The position numbers and the translations under genes were made by a program. Shown piece by piece: positions 18,932-29,406 of a stretch of 64,000 nt of DNA. Under the pieces are notes generated by a model. That model was given only the letters and a program-made list of their open reading frames with translations. It was not told where the DNA came from and did no database searches. How positions within the stretch are numbered: position 1 is the first letter of the stretch; every line of letters begins with the position of its first letter. The stretch is from Syntrophorhabdaceae bacterium (GTDB lineage: Bacteria > Desulfobacterota > Syntrophorhabdia > Syntrophorhabdales > Syntrophorhabdaceae), in contig OY762209.1 in the NCBI GenBank assembly GCA_963665295.1, forward strand, positions 1,632,001 through 1,696,000. Direction: 5' to 3'.

Positions 18932-20557
18932 ATGAGTCGTTTTGTAGACCTCAAAATCAGCGCACGGCTGGGAATAGGTTTGGGACTGATCATAGCCTTT
19001 ATGGTGGTCCTCACCGCTACCGGCATCTGGAGCCTCGGCACGATAAACGGAAAACTGGAGCAGATTATCAAGGTGAACAACGCAAAGATTGAACTGGCTC
19101 ACACCATTCAGAATGGAGTGGGCGCCCTGGATAAATCGATCCTTACCATGGTGCTTGCCAACGATGAGGCGGTGACCAAGACGGAGAAAAAAAAGATAGA
19201 CGATGCGCGACAGACGTACAAGGCCGCCATGGAACGACTTGAGGCCCTTGAGACAACCGAGAAAGGCAAGGAGCTTATCGAGGCCCTGAAACAGAACGTC
19301 GGCATTGCGCGGGGCGCCAACGACAAGGTGGTAGAACTCGCCCAGGCAGGATCCAGCCAGAGCGCAAATACACTCCTCGTGGCGAGCATGCAGATATCGG
19401 ACATGCTCGCCGGGGCATGCGGCGAGATGGTTAAGTACCAGGTTGAGCGCACCGGAGTGGCGGCAAAGGAGGCTCGGACCACGTTCATCAGGGCGCGTTA
19501 CGTGCTCCTGATCATAGGGGCGGTGGTCTTTGCTTTTGCCATCTTCCTTGCCTCCTTCCTTGCGAGGAGCATCGCCAAACCATTGAGCGAAGGCGTTTCC
19601 GTTGCCCACAGGATCGCGGAGGGAGATCTTACCACCAATATAGAAATCACGTCACGGGATGAGACAGGTCAGCTTCTTGGGGCCATGAAAGAAATGGTGA
19701 CAAAGCTCCAGAACATTATCGGCGAGGTGAAGAGCGTGGCGGGAAATGTGGCGTCGGCAAGCCAGCAGCTCAACACAAGCTCGGAACTGATGTCCAGGGG
19801 GGCGGTCGAGCAGGCGGGCAGGGCCTCCCAGGTGGCAACCGCCTCCGAGGAAATGTCCCAGACCGTGCTCGATATCGCCAAAAACACGTCGAGCATAGAG
19901 ACTTCGGCCACTGATACAGCCGAACTGGCGAAAAACGGTGAGGACGTGGTCGACAGATCAGTGGAGAAAGTGAAAGCCATTGCCAAGACCATAGGAGAGT
20001 CGGCACAGCTCATAAAGTCTCTCGGCGAACGGTCCAACCAGATCGGAGAGATTATCGGCGTCATCAACGACATCGCCGACCAGACGAACCTCCTTGCTCT
20101 CAACGCCGCCATCGAAGCAGCGCGAGCGGGCGACGCGGGTCGGGGCTTCGCGGTAGTCGCCGACGAGGTGAAAAAGCTTGCGGAAAGGACCGGAAACTCT
20201 ACTTCCGAAATAGGGGGCATGATACAGTCCATTCAGGACGAGGTGTACCAGGCGGTAATCTCCATGGATAATATCACCGCTGAGGTGAAGTCAGGCGTTG
20301 ACCTTTCCAGTCAGGCCGGAGAGGTCCTCCGCGGCATCGTAAGCAGCGTCAACGAACTGCACAGCATGGTGCAGCAGATCGCCTCCGCTACGGAGCAGAT
20401 GGCGGCCACGTCCGAAGAGATCAACAGGGATATAGAGACCATCGCCTCCGTGTCAAAGGAGACGTCGGGAAGCTCCGAGCATATTGCCATGGCCTCCCAG
20501 GAACTGGCGCACCTTTCCGAGAGCCTTGAGAGCGTGGTGGGAGGATTCAGGGTTTAG
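18932..20557 (+). CDS. methyl-accepting chemotaxis protein (4HB sensor, HAMP)
   Basis: Two TM segments, HAMP DETGQL, and [20 protein letters not shown] signature. Confidence 0.95.
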   Translation: MSRFVDLKISARLGIGLGLIIAFMVVLTATGIWSLGTINGKLEQIIKVNNAKIELAHTIQNGVGALDKSILTMVLANDEAVTKTEKKKIDDARQTYKAAMERLEALETTEKGKELIEALKQNVGIARGANDKVVELAQAGSSQSANTLLVASMQISDMLAGACGEMVKYQVERTGVAAKEARTTFIRARYVLLIIGAVVFAFAIFLASFLARSIAKPLSEGVSVAHRIAEGDLTTNIEITSRDETGQLLGAMKEMVTKLQNIIGEVKSVAGNVASASQQLNTSSELMSRGAVEQAGRASQVATASEEMSQTVLDIAKNTSSIETSATDTAELAKNGEDVVDRSVEKVKAIAKTIGESAQLIKSLGERSNQIGEIIGVINDIADQTNLLALNAAIEAARAGDAGRGFAVVADEVKKLAERTGNSTSEIGGMIQSIQDEVYQAVISMDNITAEVKSGVDLSSQAGEVLRGIVSSVNELHSMVQQIASATEQMAATSEEINRDIETIASVSKETSGSSEHIAMASQELAHLSESLESVVGGFRV

Positions 20558-20639
20558 TCCTACCGCTTAAGACCAGACCACACCTCCATGGGTCTATGGC
20601 CCATGGAGGGAATACCAACGGGCCCCTCGGGGCCCGTTC

Positions 20640-21290
20640 TTAGTGGAGAATCTCCGTTGAAAGCGATGTCCTTCTGTAGAGTTGGGTGAAGTAGTAGGTG
20701 GAAAGAAGCAGGATGTAGTAGGTGAGGGTGGACAGAAGGGCAAGCATGAAGAACTGGAGAAAATAGGATTTCGGGATCGGGATTATGAGCCAGCAGACGA
20801 AAAGGGCAAGGAGCGTGGCCGAGTACCCGATGAAATAGGGTATGAGGACCTCTTTGATGCCCCTCAGGATCTTCTCGAATTCCAGGGCCTTCCTGAAGTC
20901 CATCTGTTCGGAAAAGGTGATGAACGCGAAAGGCAGAAAAAACGAGGAGATAAGTAAAGCCAGATAGGACAGCTTGGTGATGATGTGTCCGAAAAGCGCG
21001 GTAAGGCTGCTCAAAGCCGTGAGAAAAAAACCGCACGAGAACATAAAAAATGGTATAGCCCCGTAAAGGATGAATACAAGGAGCATTTTGGCCCCTTCTA
21101 TCCATATCTCGGACCTTCGCTCCCACGTGGGCAGGCCGATGCTCCCGATCATGAGAAGCCTCGATGCCTTTGAGAGGTATCCGAGAGAGAAAAAATTCAG
21201 GACAGGAACGTAGAGCATTAATCCCCCGTATATCCATCGTGTTACGTAACGGCTGTTCAGGCTGAACTGGATAAAAGGGATGACATCCAT
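20640..21290 (-). CDS. DUF4013-like membrane protein
   Basis: VPVLNFFSLGY...LPTW pattern and several hydrophobic segments. Confidence 0.65.
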   Translation of the reverse strand: MDVIPFIQFSLNSRYVTRWIYGGLMLYVPVLNFFSLGYLSKASRLLMIGSIGLPTWERRSEIWIEGAKMLLVFILYGAIPFFMFSCGFFLTALSSLTALFGHIITKLSYLALLISSFFLPFAFITFSEQMDFRKALEFEKILRGIKEVLIPYFIGYSATLLALFVCWLIIPIPKSYFLQFFMLALLSTLTYYILLLSTYYFTQLYRRTSLSTEILH

Positions 21291-21292
21291 AA

Positions 21293-22087
21293 TTATTTAC
21301 CTTTGGCCCCTCCGGCTATGAAATCGAAGAGTGAATCGGGTGTATACCCCGTCATGCCGCCGTCTATGGTGATCGTCTCGCCGTTGATATATGCCGCCCC
21401 CTTCGAGGCCAGGAAGAGGATCAATGAAACGTATTCTTCCACGTTCATCATTCTCCCGATAGGCGTCCGGCTGGAGAGGTAGTCCACGAAGACCTCTTTC
21501 CTGACGAGACCTTCGTTCATGCCGCCCTTGATGAACCCCGGGGCTACGGTGCACGTGGTCACGCCGAAACGGGCCCACTCATACGCGAGGGTCCTCGCCA
21601 TCACCATGAGGCCCGACTTGCTCACCGCGTAGGGAAGGAACCCCTTCTCTCCGTAAAGGGCCACCTGGGAAGCGATGTTGATGATCCTGCCGTACTTTGC
21701 CTCGATCATCTTCTTCCCGAATATCTGGCTCGCATAGAAGGCGCCCTTCAGGTTCACGTCGATGGCCTTGTCAAAGTCCTGCTTCCTTATCTTTTCCGAT
21801 GGCGCAAGGGGGTTTACCACGCCCGCGTTATTGATGAGGACATCTACCTTTCCCCATTTCTCCACGGTCTTTGCCGCAACACTCTCCATCTGTTCGTAAT
21901 CGGTCACATCGGCATGGAAGGCGAGAACCGGTTTTCCCTTGAATTCTTCTTCGAACTTAGCGACCACCTCTCCGGGGATCCCGTTTGCCGCCACGAATGC
22001 GCCTTCCGCCAGGAATTCCTTCGCCATGGCCTTGCCGAGGCCCTGGGTTCCTCCCGTAATAAACACTACCTGTCCTTCGAATCTCAT
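21293..22087 (-). CDS. SDR family oxidoreductase
   Basis: TGGTQGLG, NNAG and YAVSK catalytic motifs. Confidence 0.93.
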   Translation of the reverse strand: MRFEGQVVFITGGTQGLGKAMAKEFLAEGAFVAANGIPGEVVAKFEEEFKGKPVLAFHADVTDYEQMESVAAKTVEKWGKVDVLINNAGVVNPLAPSEKIRKQDFDKAIDVNLKGAFYASQIFGKKMIEAKYGRIINIASQVALYGEKGFLPYAVSKSGLMVMARTLAYEWARFGVTTCTVAPGFIKGGMNEGLVRKEVFVDYLSSRTPIGRMMNVEEYVSLILFLASKGAAYINGETITIDGGMTGYTPDSLFDFIAGGAKGK

Positions 22088-23031
22088 AGAGCACCTCCGT
22101 ATAATGTCTTTATTCGCTCATCAAAAAGGGCCACGAGGGCCTCGTTTTCATTCAGTTCTTTCCCGGTTACCGCTTTCCACACGTCGGACCGCTCCATGCA
22201 AAGATAGACGAAAAGCCCCGGGGCCTTGCTCATGAACAGGTCATAGAGCATCCTGTAGACCCTTATCCTTTCTCCCTTGATGTACCGGTATTTGCCGTCT
22301 TCGCCCCGTATGAACTCACCGTGGAGGAGGTTCTTTCTCCGGTTTTCGATAAAATGGTCCATCAATTTCGGCGGAAACCTGAGGAGGCCGAGGCTTATCC
22401 ATATGATCCTGTCCGGATCGAGAATCCGGGTTATGTCTTCTATAAGGTACTCGTAATCCTTTTCGAACCCGTCGTATATGATGACCGGGTCAAGGTGGAG
22501 TCCCACGAAGCAGCCCAGTTCCTGGGCCTTTCGTGCGGCCTTCAGTCTCTTGTACAAGGGGCTTGTCCTCTTCTCCTCCCGGTCTATGGACCGTTGAGGC
22601 GCAAGGGAAAAGGAGATCACCGTATAAGGGTTCAGATAGGGGGCGAGGTGGTCGATGGAAGCCCACTTCGACTTCAGCTCAAGGAGAGCGCGCTGTTTCT
22701 CGCCGAAGAATTCCACCAGGGGCCTGTTCAGCCCATATTTCCTGTCAAGGGCCAGACTGTCTGAAAGCTCACCCGTGCCGAACCGCAGGACATGGCCTTC
22801 CTCCCCGTCAATGGCCGAGTCGATCTGGGACAGGATATACGGGGTATCTCCATGCACGCTGATCCCCTCGGTGTTGATATAGTATTTCAGGATGCAGTAC
22901 GAGCATGAAAGGACGCATCCTTCTATGAGATCGATCGTTTTATACCCGCAGCATATGTGATTTTTCGTGCCCGGACAGTCCCGGACTATATTGCCCTGGG
23001 TTTCAACAAAGCTAACCTTTTGTAAGCTCAA
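22084..23031 (-). CDS. spore photoproduct lyase (SplB)-like radical SAM protein
   Basis: GCVLSCSYC CxxxCxxC; RFGTGELSDSL; GEDGKYRY; YLCME. Confidence 0.8.
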   Translation of the reverse strand: MSLQKVSFVETQGNIVRDCPGTKNHICCGYKTIDLIEGCVLSCSYCILKYYINTEGISVHGDTPYILSQIDSAIDGEEGHVLRFGTGELSDSLALDRKYGLNRPLVEFFGEKQRALLELKSKWASIDHLAPYLNPYTVISFSLAPQRSIDREEKRTSPLYKRLKAARKAQELGCFVGLHLDPVIIYDGFEKDYEYLIEDITRILDPDRIIWISLGLLRFPPKLMDHFIENRRKNLLHGEFIRGEDGKYRYIKGERIRVYRMLYDLFMSKAPGLFVYLCMERSDVWKAVTGKELNENEALVALFDERIKTLYGGAL

Positions 23032-23923
23032 ACATGCTCCCTAACGATCCGTCTTGCAAGGTGGCGCGAAGTTTGTCCAGAGCATTTTCTACATCCTTGA
23101 TATCTCTGGCTCTTATGTCTATATCAATATACTCCTTTTCAAAAAAAGGGTCTACCTTAATATCCACGTTCGGCGGGAGCGCGCTTTGGCGCTTTATGGC
23201 AAGGAGCTTTTCCTCGAGGGACGAGAGCATGGGGTGGGTCCTGAGTTTGAGCATTTTCCTGAGATCCTCCGCATCCGCGGCGCCCGAAAGGGCGTCGAAG
23301 GGGATGGAACCGTGTCTCAGCTCCACAAGGGCCGCCATCCTCAAAACTTCCCTCAGATAGCCTTCCGTGGTATGGACCGCCGAGAGAAGGGCGAGAAGTC
23401 TTTCCCTCTCCTCCGCCTCGAAGCGGAGAAAAGCCTCGACGTTCGTCACGGAAAGGTTGCGGGAAAGGGCGAAGGCCTTGAGGGGTTCGCCGGCCCCGGC
23501 CAGGGCGAGGAAGGTCTTCAGCACCTTCTCGTGGGGCTTGAGGCCGAGGAGCGTCATGACCTCGAATATGTCGGCCTTCCCGAAGTCGAGGGACGCCATC
23601 CGTTGGAGGGCCAGGGCCTTTTCCACTGTGTTGAAGCCCCTCGCGAGGTTGTCATGGATCGCCTGGAGTTGGGCTTCTTTTTCGTCAAGACGGTCGATCA
23701 CCAGGGCGGGCACCGACGGCAGGCCGAGGCTGAGGGCACATGCGACCCTCCGGAAGCCCGTGACGACGGACATGACAGGACCGTCGAGGAGACAGACGGG
23801 CTGCAGAATGCCCACCTTCGCGATGGAGGACAAAAGGAGCGGCGATTCGGCAGGATAAGAGGTCGAAAACCGCCGGTCGTCGAGGTCTATCCGATCGAGG
23901 GGTATGGAGGTGAGAGCAACCAT
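23012..23923 (-). CDS. ParB N-terminal domain protein
   Basis: SIAKVGILQPV...VVTGFRRV...AIHDN ParB/Srx pattern. Confidence 0.75.
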   Translation of the reverse strand: MVALTSIPLDRIDLDDRRFSTSYPAESPLLLSSIAKVGILQPVCLLDGPVMSVVTGFRRVACALSLGLPSVPALVIDRLDEKEAQLQAIHDNLARGFNTVEKALALQRMASLDFGKADIFEVMTLLGLKPHEKVLKTFLALAGAGEPLKAFALSRNLSVTNVEAFLRFEAEERERLLALLSAVHTTEGYLREVLRMAALVELRHGSIPFDALSGAADAEDLRKMLKLRTHPMLSSLEEKLLAIKRQSALPPNVDIKVDPFFEKEYIDIDIRARDIKDVENALDKLRATLQDGSLGSMFELTKG

Positions 23924-24358
23924 CTACCGGGGGATGATGAAGGTGAGGATGTTCTTTCCCAGTTCACCGTCCCGCCTGTATTCGATGTTCTTTATGGCCT
24001 TCTTCAATTTCTTGAGCGACGGGACCTTTCCTTCACCGTTGAAGTCCTGGGTCTCGGGGAATGCGTCGGCCACGAGCATGTTGAACTGTTTGCCCGAGTC
24101 GATCACGTCGACGATGAGGGCAGGGGCGTCGTGGAACTTGCACTTTATGGTGATCTGCTCGGTCCCCTCGGTACAGGCAAACCGGATGATGTTTTCAAGG
24201 ACTTCAGTGACGCCAAGGCCGACATCATGGATCTTCTGGTCGGTGAATCCACCTTCCCAGGCTTCGTTTGATAAGAATTCGACCAGGGCCGGGATGGACT
24301 CCGTCCGGGCAGGTAAGGTAATCTCGTCCAGTACTTCGCGACCGTCACGTCTTTGCAT
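23924..24358 (-). CDS. HATPase_c-like anti-sigma factor/Ser kinase (RsbW-like)
   Basis: EVLENII, DSGKQFN and IEYRRDG...NILT pattern; degenerate G2 box. Confidence 0.7.
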   Translation of the reverse strand: MQRRDGREVLDEITLPARTESIPALVEFLSNEAWEGGFTDQKIHDVGLGVTEVLENIIRFACTEGTEQITIKCKFHDAPALIVDVIDSGKQFNMLVADAFPETQDFNGEGKVPSLKKLKKAIKNIEYRRDGELGKNILTFIIPR

Positions 24359-24597
24359 AGGTAGCTCCTAGATTCTTTGATAAGCGCCGACACGCAGCGC
24401 AGAACACTATTCTACATTTACGCGCGTCCGATATCAAGTCGGCCCTCATCGGGAGCATCCTTTCTCTTCTTTTGCGAGTACATCAAATGTGCGTGAGAGG
24501 CGAAACAATCCGTCACCGTATCTGCGACAAGGCGTGAGGTCAGGGTATAATCAAAATATCATGCGGAGCCGCCGCACAAGTGGGGGAACCTTACGGT

Positions 24598-27213
24598 TCA
24601 GGTGTGCCTCAGGGAAAGGGGGACATGTTTCCGCAGCAGGTCGGCAAATTGTCCGGGCATAATGGGCTTGCTGAAATAATAACCCTGCATTTCATTACAG
24701 GAGATATTGGTCAGGAAACTCATTTGTTCTGCCGTTTCCACGCCTTCGGCGACGACATTGAGACCTAACGTTTTACCCATGCTGATAATCGCCTCGGTGA
24801 TAGCCTTGTCTCCAGCGTCTTGCGGGATGTTACGGATGAAGGACCGGTCGACTTTGAGCGTATCCACGGGAAAATGTTTGATCTGGGCAAGAGAAGAGTA
24901 ACCGGTGCCGAAATCATCAATGGCCAGCCGCACGCCCAGGCTTTTGATTTCCGCCAATACAGAGATCATACGGGCAGGATTGTACATCACCATACTTTCG
25001 GTGATTTCAAGTTCAAGCAGGTTTGGCGCCATGCCGGAATCATTCAGCGCCGTTTTGATATCATCTATCAGACCGTCATCCATAAGCTGTCGCAACGACA
25101 AATTTACCGCCATGCATATGGCGGGAAGGCCCTGCTGCTGCCAGCCAATGTTCTGGGCGCATGCGGTCTTCAGGACCCACCTGCCGATGGGCACTATTAA
25201 TCCTGTTTCTTCGGCCACCGGAATGAATTGTGTGGGCGTTACCGAACCAAGGTACGGGTTCTGCCAGCGAAGGAGCGCCTCCACGCCGGTGATCGCGTTG
25301 GTCTTGAAGTCAACTTGCGCCTGATAATGCAGAGAGAGTTCGTTACGTTCAAGGGCAAAGCGCAGGTGAGTTTCAATCGATAGACGTTCCAACGATTTTG
25401 ATTGAATATCCTCGGAGTAGAATTGGTAATTGTTCTTGCCTTCCTCCTTGGCAAGATACATGGCCATATCGGCATTTTTCATCAGAGATTGCTCGTCTTC
25501 GGCATCCTTGGGGTACATGCAGATGCCGATGCTCGCCGTTATGCGGCATTCTTGTCCCATAAGAGTTATGGGTTTGATGATACTGGTAAGAATCTTGTGA
25601 GCCACTGTGGCGACCTGATTTGAATCACTTACCTCCTCGATCAATATAACGAACTCATCTCCTCCCAGACGGCCGACAACATCAACTGCCCGCAACGGTT
25701 GTTTCAACCGCGTGGCGACTTCTTGCAGAAGCTGGTCTCCTGCCTTGTGACCCAGGGTATCGTTGATAATTTTGAAGCGATCCAAGTCAAGGAATAACAC
25801 GGCAAACTGCCGCTTATAACGCCGTGCCGCCTGAATGGCGTGATTCAGCAGTTGGTTGAACATGGAGCGGTTGGGCAGTCCTGTCAGGACGTCGTGTGTG
25901 GCGAGGTACTGAATCTCTTCTCCGGCGCGCTTGCGTTCGGTGATGTCGCGGACAATCGCCTGAATAATCGGTTTGCCGTCCAGTTCCATGGCAGTGAGCA
26001 CCACATCGGCAGGGAAGGCCTCGCCGGTGTCGTTTCTCTTGTGCATCCACTCGAAACGAGTGCTGCCCTTTTCCATCGCCGTTGCGATCATCTCGTTGGC
26101 CAGCACCATGGAATCCGTGCCGCACGGCTGTTGCGGCGGTGACAAACCGGCGGGGTGTTTCGCGCAGAACTCCTCCAGGGTCGCGCAGCCGAAGAGCACC
26201 AGGGTCGCCTGGTTGCAGTCGAAAAAGCCCTTTTCGTCCAGCAGCATTACCGCGTCGCTGGACGAATCGTAGAGTGTACGGAACTTCGTTTCCGACCGGT
26301 GCAGCGCCTCCTCCGTCCGCTTGCGCTCGGTAATGTCCAAGAGCGTTTCAATGACGGCCGATATCTTGTCATGTTTATCGCGTATAGGCGCGGCATCAAA
26401 CACGATATACCTGGTTTTTCCGCCCAGATCGGGATACCAGCCTTCCGCGTGTATTCCGTCAGGTATGAGCACGGACCTCGTGTAGACGGGGTAAAGGTCG
26501 GCCGTCTCATCAAACTCATTGTCAATGATTATGTCCGCGACACAAGGACGGGGATGACTATAGAAGGCTTTCCAGTGATCACTGGTGCCAAGTAAGTCCT
26601 CTGATCTTACTCCGGTGAGGTATTCGCATGCCTTATTCCAGTAAATAACTTTATGTTCCGGATTAACGACAAAAGTAGCCACCGCGGAACTTTGAACAAT
26701 GGATTCCATGAATCTGTCTTTTTCCCTTAATGCCTCCTCTGTCCGCTTGCCTTCGGTGATGTCCTCGATGGCCAGGAGGATGATCCGCTTTGTTTCCGAC
26801 GCTCCTTGAACCCGGCGGGCGTTCAAAAGCATCATGCGCCTGCCGATGGTCGGAAAATCGTGTTCCACTTCATAGTTATTGATCCTGCCATCATTTGGAA
26901 GAATATCTTCAAGCAGCGTCCGGAGACGCGGAGTATCCCATTGCCGGTTTCCGAGGTCATAGATAAGGCTGCCTATAGTCTCGTCCGGCGTGACCTCGAA
27001 TGAATCATAGAAGCTACGGGTGGCCTTGACAACCTTCAGATCTGAATCCAGCACCAAAAGGGGCTCGCGGATCGTCTCAAGAATGCTCTCAGTGTAGTTG
27101 AAAGCTTCCTGAATTTCCCGTTCTTTCCGCGTGTGGCGGGCCTCCGATCCTTCAAGCCCGGCAACGCCTTGTCCATCCGCGCGATATTCTCCCGGTTTGC
27201 CCCGGTCTCTCAC
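24598..27213 (-). CDS. PAS-PAS-PAS-GGDEF-EAL c-di-GMP cyclase/phosphodiesterase
   Basis: HDVLTGLPNR, RLGGDEF, VEALLRW and DDFGTGYSSL motifs; start tentatively GTG at 27213 with GAGG RBS. Confidence 0.9.
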   Translation of the reverse strand: MRDRGKPGEYRADGQGVAGLEGSEARHTRKEREIQEAFNYTESILETIREPLLVLDSDLKVVKATRSFYDSFEVTPDETIGSLIYDLGNRQWDTPRLRTLLEDILPNDGRINNYEVEHDFPTIGRRMMLLNARRVQGASETKRIILLAIEDITEGKRTEEALREKDRFMESIVQSSAVATFVVNPEHKVIYWNKACEYLTGVRSEDLLGTSDHWKAFYSHPRPCVADIIIDNEFDETADLYPVYTRSVLIPDGIHAEGWYPDLGGKTRYIVFDAAPIRDKHDKISAVIETLLDITERKRTEEALHRSETKFRTLYDSSSDAVMLLDEKGFFDCNQATLVLFGCATLEEFCAKHPAGLSPPQQPCGTDSMVLANEMIATAMEKGSTRFEWMHKRNDTGEAFPADVVLTAMELDGKPIIQAIVRDITERKRAGEEIQYLATHDVLTGLPNRSMFNQLLNHAIQAARRYKRQFAVLFLDLDRFKIINDTLGHKAGDQLLQEVATRLKQPLRAVDVVGRLGGDEFVILIEEVSDSNQVATVAHKILTSIIKPITLMGQECRITASIGICMYPKDAEDEQSLMKNADMAMYLAKEEGKNNYQFYSEDIQSKSLERLSIETHLRFALERNELSLHYQAQVDFKTNAITGVEALLRWQNPYLGSVTPTQFIPVAEETGLIVPIGRWVLKTACAQNIGWQQQGLPAICMAVNLSLRQLMDDGLIDDIKTALNDSGMAPNLLELEITESMVMYNPARMISVLAEIKSLGVRLAIDDFGTGYSSLAQIKHFPVDTLKVDRSFIRNIPQDAGDKAITEAIISMGKTLGLNVVAEGVETAEQMSFLTNISCNEMQGYYFSKPIMPGQFADLLRKHVPLSLRHT

Positions 27214-27352
27214 GTTATGCCTCGCATCATCAGTTTTCCAATAATTTAAGTATAACAACAAAACAGGGAACTGCAAGCGACCTTTACCACCGCCCCTCAA
27301 TGTCCGTGAACCCATCGGTTGAAATGGTAATCTGAGCCATGTTAAGCCGAAA

Positions 27353-27381
27353 GGAGGAAAGGGGCGATGCCCCTTTCCTCC
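27353..27381 (-). terminator. hairpin, probable terminator of the aminotransferase gene
   Basis: GGAGGAAAGGGG-N5-CCCCTTTCCTCC stem followed by a short T run on the minus strand. Confidence 0.5.
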
Positions 27382-27529
27382 AAATCCTGAATATCTGCAC
27401 GGCCTGCTCCGGATTCTTCGCAAGTCCGGAAAGCCCTGTCGTTGCTATGCGTATCTCCTCGACAGGGAGCGGAGAATTCTCAGTTACGCCTGCCCCCTGC
27501 GATAAAGCCATCCGCCCACACCTGCAAGG

Positions 27530-28798
27530 CTATTTCACCTCACCGCAAAGCCTCTCGCCTGCGGCCACAAGGGTCTCCATCTTCTTCGCGAAGGCGAAGC
27601 GCACCGTTTTTTTACCCATTCCCGGCGTGCCATAGAAGACCGATCCCGGCACCACAGCGACGCCGAGGTGAGCGGGCAACCAGCGGGCAAAAGAGTGGTC
27701 GTCTCCATCGAAATCCCACTGGCTGAAGTCGGCCATCACATAGTACGAGCCTTCTGGAGGTTGGGCGCCAAGGCGGGTTTTGCTCAGGACGGACATCATG
27801 GTTTCTCTTCTTGCCGCATAGTCGGCCCGCAGTTTTCCATAGTAGGCGTCCGGCAGGGTGAGCGCCGCGGTGCACGCAGCCTGGAGAGGGGCCGGGGCAC
27901 AGATGGTCATGAAATCGTGGACCGTGCGGATCCCGAGGGTGAGCGGATTCAAGGCACAGGCATACCCGAGGCGCCATCCCGTCAAGGCGAAGGTTTTGCC
28001 GAACCCGCTGATCGTTACGGTCCGGTCCGCCATACCCGGGACCGCGGCGAGGGGCAGATGCCGATGACCATCATACAGTATATGTTCGTATATCTCGTCG
28101 GTGACGGCGATGACATTGAACTCCATGCACAATTTGGCGATACCTTCCAGTTCGTCTCTTGTAAAGACGTGCCCTGTGGGGTTGTGAGGCGTATTGATAA
28201 GGATGATCCGGGTGCGTTCGTTGAAAGCGGCGCGGAGTTTGTCAAGGTCAAGCGTATACCCAGGCGGGTCGAGCGGCACGAACCGGGGAACTCCGCTGGC
28301 AAAGATAACCGCGGGAAAGTATCCCTCGTGGAAGGGCTCTATGATAATCACCTCATCGCCGGGATTCACGTTGCTCATCATGGTAGCGAGGATCGCCTCC
28401 GTCACCCCGCAGGTAACGGTGATATGTTCGTCGGGGTCAAAAGCGAGATTGTACCATCGTTTCATTTTGGCGGAGATTGCCTGTCGCAGCGCGGGCGCGC
28501 CCCACGTGACCGTGTACTGGTTCCCGCCCGCATCGAGGGCCTGATGGGCCGCCTCTATTACCTCCCGGGGAGGATCAAAGTCAGGAAAACCCTGGGAAAG
28601 GTTGATGGCGTTGTGGGTGATGGCAAGGCGTGTCATCTCCCGTATAAAGGATTCCCGCAATTGTGAGAGTCGCCGGGCGCCTCCGCCAGTCACGGGATTG
28701 TATCTTTTATCCACTGCCGAGCTGTTTGCTTTGTGGACAATCTCCATTCTCGTTCCCTCGTTCCTTTGTACCGCTTTCTCCGTCACTTCGTTTTTCAT
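27530..28798 (-). CDS. class I/II PLP-dependent aminotransferase (YbdL-like; possibly aromatic/tyrosine)
   Basis: AINLSQGFPDF, NTPHNPTG, DEIYEH and SGFGKTFALTGWRLG motifs; GGGAGG RBS. Confidence 0.92.
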   Translation of the reverse strand: MKNEVTEKAVQRNEGTRMEIVHKANSSAVDKRYNPVTGGGARRLSQLRESFIREMTRLAITHNAINLSQGFPDFDPPREVIEAAHQALDAGGNQYTVTWGAPALRQAISAKMKRWYNLAFDPDEHITVTCGVTEAILATMMSNVNPGDEVIIIEPFHEGYFPAVIFASGVPRFVPLDPPGYTLDLDKLRAAFNERTRIILINTPHNPTGHVFTRDELEGIAKLCMEFNVIAVTDEIYEHILYDGHRHLPLAAVPGMADRTVTISGFGKTFALTGWRLGYACALNPLTLGIRTVHDFMTICAPAPLQAACTAALTLPDAYYGKLRADYAARRETMMSVLSKTRLGAQPPEGSYYVMADFSQWDFDGDDHSFARWLPAHLGVAVVPGSVFYGTPGMGKKTVRFAFAKKMETLVAAGERLCGEVK

Positions 28799-28861
28799 AA
28801 AACCTCCCTATTTGTTGTTTTCAGGGTTAAACGACCGCTTTGTCTCCCGTCGTTATTACCC

Positions 28862-28934
28862 AAAAAAAGAGGGCCATGGTAAGAGACCATAGCCCTTAAA
28901 AACCAAAAGGCCATGGGTTGTGCGCCCATGGCCT
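28862..28934 (-). terminator. attenuator terminator hairpins in the aminotransferase leader
   Basis: AGGCCATGGG/CCCATGGCCT followed by TTTGGTTTTT, and a second stem AGGGCTATGGT/ACCATGGCCCT followed by T7. Confidence 0.8.
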
Positions 28935-28963
28935 CCGTCTTTCAGTCGATCAGAGAAAGACCA

Positions 28964-29032
28964 TCATGAGCGCACCTTGGTGTAATAATAATAGTAATAA
29001 TAGCTGACCGGCGCGCTGGTGATGATTTTCAT
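28964..29032 (-). CDS. Tyr-rich attenuator leader peptide MKIITSAPVSYYYYYYYTKVRS
   Basis: 22-aa ORF with 7 consecutive TAT/TAC codons; its 3' end is complementary to the terminator 5' arm. Confidence 0.85.
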   Translation of the reverse strand: MKIITSAPVSYYYYYYYTKVRS

Positions 29033-29038
29033 ATGGTC

Positions 29039-29067
29039 ACGATATCATATGGAATATGACAAGTCAA
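29039..29067 (-). promoter_or_regulatory. sigma-70 promoter of the leader (probably leaderless transcript)
   Basis: TTGACT-N17-TATCGT with TG extension, 6 nt before the leader ATG. Confidence 0.6.
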
Positions 29068-29406
29068 CATAAATGTCGTTCAGAGAACGCAGGCCATGGC
29101 CTGTATACAGAAGCCACACCTTTAACCTCGATGGTTGACGGCCTGAACCTGCCGCGTTATCGACTCAACGCCCCACCTTCTCACGGGGGCACCATGGGCG
29201 CCCCTTATTCCCGATCCCGGGAAGCACGCGCCATTTCCGAAATAAAGGCGGGACAGCGCCCGCATATGGAGGCGGATGCCGGCCCGCGTCCGGCGCGATG
29301 CGGACGGGTATAGACAAGTATGCCCTTGCGGCGGAAGAAGGATCTGCCCTTTATCCCGACTATTGAAACTCCGGAAAATATGATACAATCGAAAAAGGAG
29401 AACACC

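Noticed and set aside
28980..29004. (TAA)n microsatellite or Ile/Leu leader peptide
   Set aside because: Only the Tyr frame has an ATG without an intervening stop; the TAT/TAC mix and attenuator hairpins favour a coding role
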